40,822 nt of DNA from an uncultured Porphyromonadaceae bacterium (GTDB taxonomy: Bacteria > Bacteroidota > Bacteroidia > Bacteroidales > Muribaculaceae), in the NCBI GenBank assembly GCA_947177595.1, contig CAMWUZ010000001.1, positions 1 to 40,822 of the forward strand, in the 5' to 3' direction. The notes under the pieces were generated by a model, which saw only the letters and a program-made list of their open reading frames with translations, was not told where the DNA came from and did not search any database. The position numbers and the translations under genes were made by a program. Positions within the stretch are counted from its first letter, which is position 1; each line of letters opens with the position of its first letter. Positions 19,812 to 31,100 of this stretch are shown piece by piece.

Positions 19812-20126
19812 ATGAACATCTTCAAACTACTCAAAGCAAAACTCCGTTATCGTGCGGCTAAACAACTTGCCGACAAAGCACATCTCGCCGACGGCAACCG
19901 TTACTATATCCTACCCATGCAGGGAAAAGATAAGAAACTGATTGTAGTAAACCGATACAACTTCCGTAAGCTGAAGTTGAAACACTACCTCCCCGAGCGA
20001 ATCAACATAAGAGATTTGGAATCGGCTTGCTTTTACTCAACTCCATACGCCAACGGCACTAAGAGCCTCCTTGAAAAAGAAATAGCGGCAAAATACCGCC
20101 GCTACCTCAAATGGTTCTCTGAATAA
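19812..20126 (+). CDS. small basic hypothetical phage protein (104 aa)
   Basis: A-rich initiation region; converges on the portal gene with a 3-nt gap. Confidence 0.8.
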   Translation: MNIFKLLKAKLRYRAAKQLADKAHLADGNRYYILPMQGKDKKLIVVNRYNFRKLKLKHYLPERINIRDLESACFYSTPYANGTKSLLEKEIAAKYRRYLKWFSE

Positions 20127-20129
20127 ATT

Positions 20130-22082
20130 TTACTGACGCATCGCCTCGTAAGCCCTGTTCACTGCATCCATATCCGCACCGCCCTGTGCCTGCTGCATCA
20201 CCTCGGCGGGAATACCGTTCGGGGCAATACCCTGACTCATCTGTTCGCTCTGGGCTTTTATCGACTGCAGAAGAGTATCCGCCCACGGGAAATCTCCAAC
20301 CTCCAATAGCTGCTGAAGCGATATCTGATTGGCACGCCACACCTCCATAAGGAATTCATTCGCAATAGCCCTGTATGCCGGTGTTGATGTGCTCTCGACT
20401 ATGCTTAGATCATACTCTACATCCCGTATCTTCTGCGGATCACACACTGCACCCGTTGAGCCGCGCCCGGCTATATTCATCAGACGGCGGTCATCATAGA
20501 ACTGTTGGATATTCTTAACATCTTTCTTCGCTCCCTCTTTAACGAAACTGCTGAAACTGTCAAGCAAATCCAATAATGAAGTAGTTGCGTTCTGTGTCTG
20601 CTGACTGTATAGAGCACCACTCATGCCGCTGTATCCCGGCTTGCCCTGCAGCGCACCGTTCACACCCGATATATCCTCAAAGAATTTCAGCTGAATATTT
20701 AAAAGTTCGGATATACCGATATTGGTGGAGTTATTGGATATCTGTTGAGGTGCCGGAACTCCCGCTTTGGGCTTGTACATTATTACCCCGTTGAACTGGC
20801 TCCACTCTTCCGCGAAATCACTTAGGGACATCCCGTCAGGCAAACAACCTTCCGGCACCAGAAGCACACCTTTCGCGCTTGCCCGCATAATCCAGTCATA
20901 CATCATTATCAACCGGTTCGTGTAACGCTGCTGATCTATCACATCTGCTACAAAGCTGTGTATCTCGCCATCGATATAAGGATAAGCCTTGAATACATAC
21001 GGATGACTCTTATGCTCATACGGACTCTCACCCTCCTGCAATATATCACCGAAAGGAGATAGAAAATAAAAATACCAGTACGAGTCCATACGCCACATAG
21101 CCTCTATCAGAGGTATATCCTCATCCGGCATACCGGCTGCTCTCCCGCGTCTGAGCCTGTCGGCATTCTCCGCCTCAACCATTTCCGCATAATCCTCGAT
21201 CTCTATCTTATACACATCCCCGTTATTGTAGTCATGGCAGAAGTAGCGCGGCTTCTGCTCCTTGCGCCACACCTCGATAACCCGGCATCTTCCCGGCACT
21301 GAGGTAAACAGAAAATCAATATTCTTCAGATCCGAATAACCCCACTGGCTGCAATTCTCCATTATATTGCTACGGTCACTCGCAAGTTTGTAGATATTCG
21401 ACAGACGGCTGTAGTCTTCGGGGCTTTGCGCAAACTGAGAGCATATCGTATTGAAGCTCTCGTCATGCACCTCACCGATGCAGCTCACATCCCAACCGCG
21501 GAAGTCGCGCATATTGTTATCCATGAAGAAATTATTAGGCTGAACATAGTCTGTCCAGCAATCCAGCTTGTCATCACGCCAGCCATACCATTTGCGGTGA
21601 GCGATAAAACCGGATATCAGAAACTCCTCCATACTTCTGCCATATACCTCCTGCATGCTGTTTAGCTGCATATTATACTGCAATACCGTGCTCATGGTCT
21701 CGCCGTAGCTCTGCTCCTCACGGTCTCTCGCTACACACGTCGGCTCCTTTGACTGACTACGATACACACCAAGTACATTGCGCACAAGCCGTCGGATGAG
21801 GTTATTCTTCAAAGGCACATTCCCCTGAGTCTTGATATACTCCTCCTCCTTCATGCTCCGACAGCCTACCTGAACTATATCCTGCCACTGATCGCCGTAC
21901 GTATAACGCTTGTTGCGCTCACGGTCTCTGCGAAACTGCGACAGATTGCTCCAATATCTCTGAGCCTCCATGAGGATATGAAAAGCGCGGCGGTCGCCCA
22001 TTTTCTTGAGCTCACGCACACTATCCATATCCTCAACCCTCGGTGCCACTTTGCTTCGGCTATGTAATTTCTCTTTACCCAT
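20130..22082 (-). CDS. portal protein (P22-like)
   Basis: 650 aa; YTYGDQW, NNLIRRLVRNVLG, VIDQQRYTN, ISGVNGALQG, EYDLSIVESTSTPAYR and a Gln-rich tail are typical of P22-type portals. Confidence 0.88.
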   Translation of the reverse strand: MGKEKLHSRSKVAPRVEDMDSVRELKKMGDRRAFHILMEAQRYWSNLSQFRRDRERNKRYTYGDQWQDIVQVGCRSMKEEEYIKTQGNVPLKNNLIRRLVRNVLGVYRSQSKEPTCVARDREEQSYGETMSTVLQYNMQLNSMQEVYGRSMEEFLISGFIAHRKWYGWRDDKLDCWTDYVQPNNFFMDNNMRDFRGWDVSCIGEVHDESFNTICSQFAQSPEDYSRLSNIYKLASDRSNIMENCSQWGYSDLKNIDFLFTSVPGRCRVIEVWRKEQKPRYFCHDYNNGDVYKIEIEDYAEMVEAENADRLRRGRAAGMPDEDIPLIEAMWRMDSYWYFYFLSPFGDILQEGESPYEHKSHPYVFKAYPYIDGEIHSFVADVIDQQRYTNRLIMMYDWIMRASAKGVLLVPEGCLPDGMSLSDFAEEWSQFNGVIMYKPKAGVPAPQQISNNSTNIGISELLNIQLKFFEDISGVNGALQGKPGYSGMSGALYSQQTQNATTSLLDLLDSFSSFVKEGAKKDVKNIQQFYDDRRLMNIAGRGSTGAVCDPQKIRDVEYDLSIVESTSTPAYRAIANEFLMEVWRANQISLQQLLEVGDFPWADTLLQSIKAQSEQMSQGIAPNGIPAEVMQQAQGGADMDAVNRAYEAMRQ

Positions 22083-22108
22083 TCAGTATCATCTGTTTAA
22101 TTGTTCCA

Positions 22109-22151
22109 CAAATTTATCTACACTATGCTACTTCTATTTATTATCCGTTAA
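22109..22151 (-). promoter_or_regulatory. portal promoter: TTAAC-N3-TAA-N24-TAAATTTG
   Basis: -7 box at 22116-22109; same upstream motif and spacing as the head-operon promoter. Confidence 0.65.
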
Positions 22152-25100
22152 AATCCTCCATTTCTTATCTTGCTGCGTTCTTCTTCGGTGAACCCTGATT
22201 GTTCTAATAACAGAGTTATTTCGTCAACTATTCTGTACTCTTCATATTCCGATTTAGATTTAACGGCATCCATGAGCTCTATCATCTTAGGCTTGAACCA
22301 CCTCAACGCCTCTCTGAATCTATTAGCTTGTTCGGGAGTCTTAGATGTAACAAAGCCCATAGAAAGACGGGAAAACGTCTTATTATATCTATCAAATTTG
22401 TTATGCAGCCTTCTATTAATGCCTCTGTTTTCTGAGCTATATACCGTCTCATCCCAATTCATCTGCTCACCTTTTACAACGGCTTTCGCCATAGCTTTGT
22501 ACTCCTTATTGATAGCCGAATACTCATCATACGCAGCATTCACCTCATTGCTCCACAGCGCACTCATCTGATCTTTTATTGTACTTATGGCTCTCTTCTC
22601 GTATGAAGATATGCGCTTATCTCTTGCCTCGTCATCATAAAAACCATACAGAAGAGTCGCACCACGGCGTACTTTGTATGCCGCATAACGCTTGGCTACC
22701 TCCTGAGGAGTCATCTTCTTTGCTTGCTCCCCGGTAACATCAAGCTCATCAAAATATATTTTATCGAGTTGCGACTGAGGCATCTGCAATATACGCATCA
22801 TCAGTATGGCAAATTCCTGAGAAGTTCGCGCATCCTGACCACAATAATCCCACAACGCGACTACCGCATCAGTGAAAGTTTGAGGGTTCGCTCCAACCCC
22901 GCATTGTATTGCTACATTCGCCAAATCGTTCCACGCCCCTATCTTGTCATAGCCGAATTTGTCAATTATATTATAGGCATCCGTCACAAAAGGTATATCC
23001 TTTCTTAGAAGGTCGGAGTTCAATTTAGTTCCGGTCAAAAGTGCCGTCAATCCGCTGCTAACCACATCCCCCATAGGGAGCCCTTGCATTACTCCGTCTA
23101 AAGCGGCATGAACGAAGTCCTCCTTAAGTTTCTGGTTCTTCTCATCTTCATCTTTCCCAAATATATAATATGGCAAATTTCCAAAAAGATACCAGGCAAG
23201 AGTAACACCAAACGACATTACCGATGCTGTTATAATAGATCGTATTATTGAACGGGTGTAAACTCTATCCGCAATTTCTTCTGCTTTTGTGGGATTTATA
23301 CCATCAGCTATTAGCTTCTGCTTTATAGAGTTGAGTCTCGTATCACGACCATAGACGAAGTGATTCCACAAGTCGCGTATCGCCACAACACCCTTTCTCT
23401 GATAACCAATATTTGCTTGTCTGAAAACAGTCAAGGCTGTATGATGCACATACTTTGATATCTGAAGCTTCGATACAAATGCCGATTCGCTTGATTGCTG
23501 AGTTTCATTAAAGCTTATTGTTGCATCAACCTTAGCTTTCTGTGCTGCAACTTCATCGCTAAACCCTACCTCTTTATAATGCTTCAGCTGAGTGTTATAG
23601 GTTGCATATGAGCCTATGGCTACCGTCAAAGCATCCACAAAGGCATTTGGAGTCATGCCTATCTTCATGGCTGTTTCCATGATTTTCCCGTGCCAAAAAC
23701 CAAAGTCTAAGTCTGACGGCAACAATCTTATGTTACCACTCATTCTTCCCACCCATCTTTTGTGGAAAAGAGGCAGGTTTTCAAGACACCAGTTAAATGC
23801 TTCACGAGCATGCCCTACCGCTTTTGTTAGTTCCACGGCGCTTGCATCACCCAAGAATGCCGGTAGTGATGTGATCTGCTTAAGTGCAGTCCAGGACCTG
23901 AAGGCTATCTTACCTGCGGTAGCACCTTTGGATATACTGTTTACGAGTTTGTCTAATCCGTTTACTCTCTGCTTAAAGCTGCCGGTTACTATCAGACACG
24001 TTTCCTCAAACGTTTTCAACAAACCCTCCCCTGAACCAAATATTGTTCTCATATTTTCAACCTTATTACGGAACAAAGGCATTGCAGTAAGAGCATTCAA
24101 TTCACTTGCAACTTCATTATACGCTACCCAATGCTCCATATCGAGTACGTGCTCCGTCACAACATTAAAAACATCAGCGTTAAGAATGTCGATAGCTAAA
24201 CTGTTTCTGGTACGCGCAATAATAGAGCCGGTTGTAGTTGCCGATTTCTGAGTCTCCGCCTCACGAGCCCCAAGATCTTTGTTAACTTTTCTTTCTCTTT
24301 TACTTATTTTTAATGGGAAGTAATCCTTAATCTCCGGCATTGGAGTCCCGTATGTCTTTTCATATTCGGCATTGTAACGGTCTCTTAACATTGGCAGGAA
24401 TTCCTCCTGCAGCCAATCCACAATCTTAATCATCTCATCAGGGAGTTGCTGTTTAATTTTAGCCACATTCTCTTCTGAAATACCCATCCTTCTGAGTTTA
24501 ATCCTACCGTCCTCCATTTTATTGACAGCGTAGATATATGCCAGCTGAGGTATCCCAACCTTAAAATCCCTGAGTCCGTTACTGTCAACCCAAGAGAGAG
24601 TCATAGTTTTACCTCCGCCTTTCAATTCCCATTTGCGAGCATACTTGGCTAAATCCTCCCATTTAGCTTTATCTTTCTCGAGTATTTCGCCCGCGAATTC
24701 GCCAAGTTTCCCCATAGTTTCATTGGTATTGATATACTCATCCTCAGAAGCCTTGAGAACCTTAGGCACAAAATGGTCGTACAGTTCTCCCCTGCCACCG
24801 GGATGTTGTTGGGCTAACAGTTTCATCATCTCATTAAAACTTGGAAGCGTTGACGTAGCTCCGTGCAGAACATCATATACGACTTTGCTGGCAGCTGACT
24901 GCTTACTATGGATATTTGACGATATCCACCCCATATCCGCGTTTACCATATCATACAGTTTATTTATTCGGTCTTTCTCACGCTGAACAAATGCTCTCGC
25001 ACCCTCTTGCCCTTTGGCTACTACCCCCTGCAGCGCGCCAACAATCTCGGTATAGCCATCCGAAATCTCGGCTCGCAGAGCACGCATTGACTTGAGTGTT

Positions 25101-28100
25101 TCACGCTTGAACTCATTAAACGCCGAGCGTGTCATCAAGCCGGATTCTACATCCTTAGATGCCATTCTGATTTCCTCACTCAACGCTTTATGCTCTGCCT
25201 CTTTATCCGCTACCAACTCTTTATAACGCTTAGCAAGAATTGCTGCATCCATCTCCAATTCAGCTTTATGCTTTATAGAGTCATTGTCAGAGTGCGTTCT
25301 TTCTTCGATGCCTTCCAATATCTTGTCGGTTACAGCGTCTGTATTAGCAATAAATTCCTTATAATATTTAAGTCTCGTTGCTGTATCGCCATCAACTTTA
25401 CCCTGCACCTCAACACCTCTATTATTGAGTTTTACGACTTTTGTAGATTTCAACTTGTCGTGAATTTCCCGTTTATGACGCAGCTGGGTATTGAGCATTA
25501 TATCATACACTTTTTCAGCCAAGCTATCTACATTCTTCCTGCCGGTAGCATTGCGCACGGCACTGAGCAGCCTCTTCACTTCACCGTCTTTCATGTCGGC
25601 CATCTGCCCCTCGGCAAGCAACCCCTGAGCAAGATCTGTGATAGCCTTCACGGTGCGCTTGTCATATTCCTTCTGAACACTCATCGCCCTGAGCAGGTTG
25701 CTGAGATTACCACCGATAGAACGGTAGCTCTCCACCCTCAGTTGCCAGTTCTCCTCCTGAGCATTGGCAAGCCTTGACAACGCTGCACTCATCGCAGCAT
25801 AGAGCCCTAATGATCCCGCCGGCTCGTTCACTCTCGGCTCATCCACAGCCACCGAATATGGCGCGGCGCTCTCCATGACACTCTTATCAAAAGCGGATTC
25901 ATAGCTCAGACCATTCATCACATTCACCGCATCAAGAATCCTTATTGTGCTGCCACCGTTTTTAATCCTCTCGGCTAACGGTTTCAGCCCGTCAAAGCCC
26001 ACATTTCCATAGGGCACCACCTTCATGCCGCCGAATCTCACAGCGTTCTCTGTCATCATATCTGCCAATCCTGCCGCATTCTCGCTGTATGAACTGTATG
26101 GGGTGTGGATATTACCTACTATCTGATTGGCATGGTTGAGTATCAGGAAGCTCACTTTGTTTCGACCGCCAAGGCGCTGAGATGCTATAAATTCGGCTAT
26201 AACTTTGGAACTCGTAACGCTGGTTATCCTCTCGGGCTCATACCCGGGACTGAATACCTGACGGTCAAAACGTTTCACCCTTATTGTCTCGCCCCCTTCA
26301 TCACCGGGACGCTGACGCACGGTTGTACCCTCTTCTCCTCCAAACAAACAGTATTTACCGGAGCGGAGGTTCATTATCAGGCACCCTTTTAACTTGTCTC
26401 CGAATAAAGACTCGAACCTGCGACACATATTCTCATCGGGAGCACTGGGTCTGAGGGTGCCGTTCGGATGATTGTGAACAAAATACACTTCGTCCGCTCC
26501 AAATGCTTTCATAGATGCGTATGCCGCATCCATATTCACCAACGTCTGAGTTGCATCGCCCATACCTAAATGCACCACCGTCGGCACTCCGTCTTTCACA
26601 AGTACCACAAAGGCATTTTCTACCGAGAAGTCCTCAAGGGCACGGAAGATATATGCCACATCATCTACGCTCTCAACCCTCTCTTTGCCCGTGAATCCAA
26701 ACTCACCGGTCTCGCTGAATTTGCGCTCCACCAAGGTAAATTCGCCCTCCTCCAGCTTGCGTATGCCGCCCATGCCCTCAAAGCTCACAACGTTTCCACC
26801 CGCAGTCCTCATCTGATTCACACCTCCGGGCACTTGTCTTTCTGAGTCTTTTTCCCTAACTTTGCCATCAGAAGACAAATCAAGAGAAGTATTGCCAGCT
26901 GCATTGCCTTCGGACAATGTGAGGATACGGCCCCCCTCTCTCTCGGCTTGTCTCTTTTTTTGCTCCAACTGGCGCCCACTCAAATAGTGCCAGTTGATTA
27001 TCTCACAATTGTCTTTCTTATTATCCACCTCAAGCAATACACAGGTATTCTTATCTGCAAGATGAATCAATATCCAGTTGTAAGGACGGGATCCTTTCTG
27101 ATTTTGACCGTAAAGCTCCGGTGAATATAAAGCTGTATTAAGAATCTCTCGGCTATTCTTCGGGCTTAAATCCTTATGATTATCTCGGTTCTTAACCAAG
27201 ATGTTCTTTTTTATTATAACGCGCTTACCATTTGCCCCTATAGCCTTATCTATATTCTCAGGAATAGCAGGCAACCCGACTGTTCGAGTAGGAGTTGCAA
27301 AGTCCTCATCTGTTATCTCATCAATAGACTTCACATCCTCTACTATCAGCTTGCCGTTCTCATCTATCGGATTCCCTTGATTATCCTCACCCTCCTTAAA
27401 GTCTTTAACATCCTTAGAGTCCTTAGTGACCTTAAAGCCCTTATTACTACCCTCCAACGACTCACCTCTTCGCTTCAGCATCGCCACACTCACCTCGGCT
27501 CTAACCCTACGGCTCATGTCGCGGCTCGCTTGCACAGCATCATGCTCAAGGTTGCCTACACTCTTGTAGTACTCGGTCAACTTACCCTCAAGTTCCTCAG
27601 TGGCATTATGGATGCGCTCCTCTATCGCCTCCACCGCCTGCTCATTGCTCTCTGCCGACTCCAGCTCACTGAGGTCGTTCCATAGCCTCTCGGCATACTC
27701 ATCAATGGCGCGGTTGGCTGCCTCACCCTCGGGGTCTGCCATATCACGATCCCCACGCATATCTATCCGAGTGGTGGGCTCTACATCGACTAATGACTCA
27801 CGACTACTCTCTGACGACTCCACCCCCCCAAACAAACCAAGCTGACGACTACGCCAATAGCCCTCACCCTCATTTGCAATACTTTCCTGAGATTTTTCAC
27901 TCACATCCAAAAGTTTAACCCCTTTATCATAGGATTTCTCAACCCCATTCAGTAACTTTGCAGCAGGAATAGAGCTATTAGAGGTCATTGCCAAAGGTTC
28001 GACCGTGCCATATTTTGCATTGTCGGAAGGCGCTTCTAAAAGTTCTATTTTTGTTACTTCGTAACTGTGAGCCGTTGCATTCGTATTCGGATCTTTATAT

Positions 28101-31100
28101 TCTCTTATTGTTGTCTTAACCCGATATTCAGCATTTTCAATCTTCACTGCTCCGTACATCCTATGAATCAGTGACTCAGAATTGATGGCATTCCTATTGG
28201 TTCTTACACCGCTATCTCCTTTGGCGTAATCCGGATGCACTTCTACATCTAAACTTGAGGAAATTATCTGAGGTAGCTTTTTCAATACTGCCAAATGTAC
28301 CCCTTGATTCTCGCTTTTTGCCATAGCAGATCGAGAAACAAATTTCTCAACGGTATGATTTGAGATTGTATAGCTAAACTCGTTTCCTTGTGAGTTTGTA
28401 GCAGTATGTGTGCCTGTTATGTGCTCTTTAGCCCATGCCTCAGCTTTTTTCAATGCCTCTTTACCCGTTCCACTGAAATCATGCCTTGGCACATCCACTA
28501 TCCGAACACTCTTGTCAGCAAGCCCGGGCATTACGATACCCCTCTCTGACACCGCACGTTCTTGCACAGCGTCAAAGCCCTCGCCATACTCAGCACCCGG
28601 CTCATAAATCATCATCCCCTTATCACTCTTCTGCTCTTGCATTGCACCGAACAGCTTATCTATATAAGGGGTAAACTGCTTCACCTCTTCGGCTGTCGGA
28701 TATGGGAAACCGTTCATGGCTTCGGGGGTCTTGCTGAACTCTTCAAAGCTCATAGGGCTAACTTCCGCATTCCTGCACTGCGCTTTATATATGGCGTAAT
28801 TCATCCGTTGGTACGAGTCTATAACCCCCGGCTCAATCCCTCTGCTCAGGAAATGATTGGAAGCGTGCGAGTCGCCTAACTTGGCTACTGCCCATTCTGC
28901 AAACAGGCGCGCTGTCTCCTCTATCTCACTGCCCCAATAAGCACTGTTGTCAACACTATTGCTCCTCTTGTCATATCCCGACCCTTTTACAGCTGACAAC
29001 AAGCCGCCGAGGGCTTCTGCCACCTCAGGGCGCATCGCTCCGAGCCTACCCTTGTTGTTGATGGTCTCTGTCGCAAACAGAAGAGCTTCACCACTCTGAC
29101 GCATAAGGTAGTTGTCAAGCGCGTGCCACCATTCATGAGCAAGGCTTCCGGCTCCTCGGGTCTTCGTCAGATTGATGACTACCTCCAGCGGCTCATAGTG
29201 AGCATTGGCTCCACCCATACCACGAGCACCAAAAGCAAGCCCCAACTCGCCATTCAATGAAATAGCCTTGGGCGACAAGCCTGTCACCTTTGCCAAGTCC
29301 ATCAGAGCATCATAGGTCTCATTCAGTGCCGCCTGACGGTCTGCCCCCTTTGTCCAGTTGCCGAACTGAACGCCACGGAAACCAAACTCCTCGGTAAACT
29401 GCTCGGGGGTCACACCCTTGCCGCCACGGTAATCCTTGCCAACCCTCGGCTTCTCGCTCCGCTCAAAATACACAAACTTGCGACGCTTGTTCATCGCCTC
29501 GACCCTCTCTGCCTCAAGTCTGTCCTTATTCTCCTTATACCATGCATCTGCCTCTGCCAAACTTTCAAAAGTCCTGACACGGTGATTGTCTTTGGTGCGG
29601 TTTACACTATAGCGGGTCTTTCTACGCATGGTATCATAGAAACGGGTCACATAGAAGTGCTCACGCCTTGACTTGCTCCCGTTAGCCTGCTCCACCAAAG
29701 CATTGACCTTATCGGAAAATTCCTGCGGATTCTCTGCAAGAGCCATCTGCGCATCCTCAAGGCTGCTGAAGGAGTCACCTACCTGAATCTGCTCATCGGT
29801 TACCGGATTACGGAATATCACCGCATACCCGTCATACTCCCCGGTAGTCTTACGCACCGGATGAATCGCAGCCTCCTTACCCTGGGCTTTGAGCTTCGCG
29901 GCAAAGTCCCTCGCCTCCTGCTCGTCAGCGCATATCTTCTCGGCTATGTTATAGCTCCTCGAATTGGTGAAGTAAGACACCTTATACTCACCCGTCTCGG
30001 CATACCTGGCGCCCTCCCCCTTTACGCGGAAGCAATCCACCGGATAGTCTATATCCGTGTCGCCGCGGCTTATCTTCACCGCAAGAGCCATCGCATCAAG
30101 CACATCATCAATATTGCGGCTCGCCTTAAACCGCCACAATCTATTGTCACTGGAATCACGCAACTCATATTGCTGATGTGCGCTGTCAGTAGCTATGCTG
30201 AAAGGTATCGTCAGCTTATCTCCGGGCTGAGAGCCTATGCGCTTCATCACCTCCATATTCACCCATGCAGCATCAGGAGTAAACACCGGCTCGGCAAACT
30301 GCTTGTCGCTGTTCCACCCCTTGATCTTATTGAAGTGCTCCGCCTCTGCCGCCTGACCGGGATAGCTCACCTCGCTCAGTGCAGACATTAGCTCACGCCT
30401 GCGCTCCGGCTCGGCATTCACAAATTCCTCAAGTCTCTTAATCTTGTCATATGTGGATGCAGCCCATTTTGACACCTTTGATGCATTACTCCTTGTAGCT
30501 GTCGGCTTCTTGGCTGAATACACACTCTGCCACAACGCTTCCGCTGCCATTGCCTCCTCAGCCGTCATCGCACCCTGAGCCACAGCCCTGCCGAAGTCAG
30601 GACGCTTCACAACCTTGCTGAAAGGCTGCTCTATCAGAGCCTGAACAGTCGCAACCTCAAAGCGCTTTGACATCTCCTTGAGCATATTCTTGCGTGCACC
30701 CGCTATCTCCTCACCGAAATCCTCTATTACCGCACCTTTCACTTGGTTATTTACTGCCGATTCACTACCTTTGCCAACAGAACCTTTGCTCAAATCCGAA
30801 ATTGGCGTCACTTCATTGTGATTAGCGTCGGTGAGAGCAGAGGTTTTCTTTTTCCACATTGTCACCGCTGCAAGTTCCTTGCGACCACGCCTTTGTTCTT
30901 CTATGAATACAGTTGTTCCATCCGGGTAGGACTTGGAGTATATAATATTGGGTATTCCTCGTTTTCCCTCTTCACTATTGACGGTGTCATAATTGGTTAC
31001 TATATCCTCAATTTTTTCAAAATCAGAATTTGTAAGAGCTATCTGACCTCGATTTGATTCCGATACTCCACCATGCTGTTTCATGGCATGACGTATCGCA

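Noticed and set aside
26177-26207. TAACTTTG after the JAB domain as a sixth cassette promoter
   Set aside because: The -33 position reads CTG, and I found no closing stem or U-tract downstream.
30743-31057. + strand ORFs near the antisense promoters (also 34121-34321, 32680-32862) as protein antitoxins
   Set aside because: They start within the promoter or RNA at TTG codons and run through the predicted terminators; the RNA interpretation fits better.
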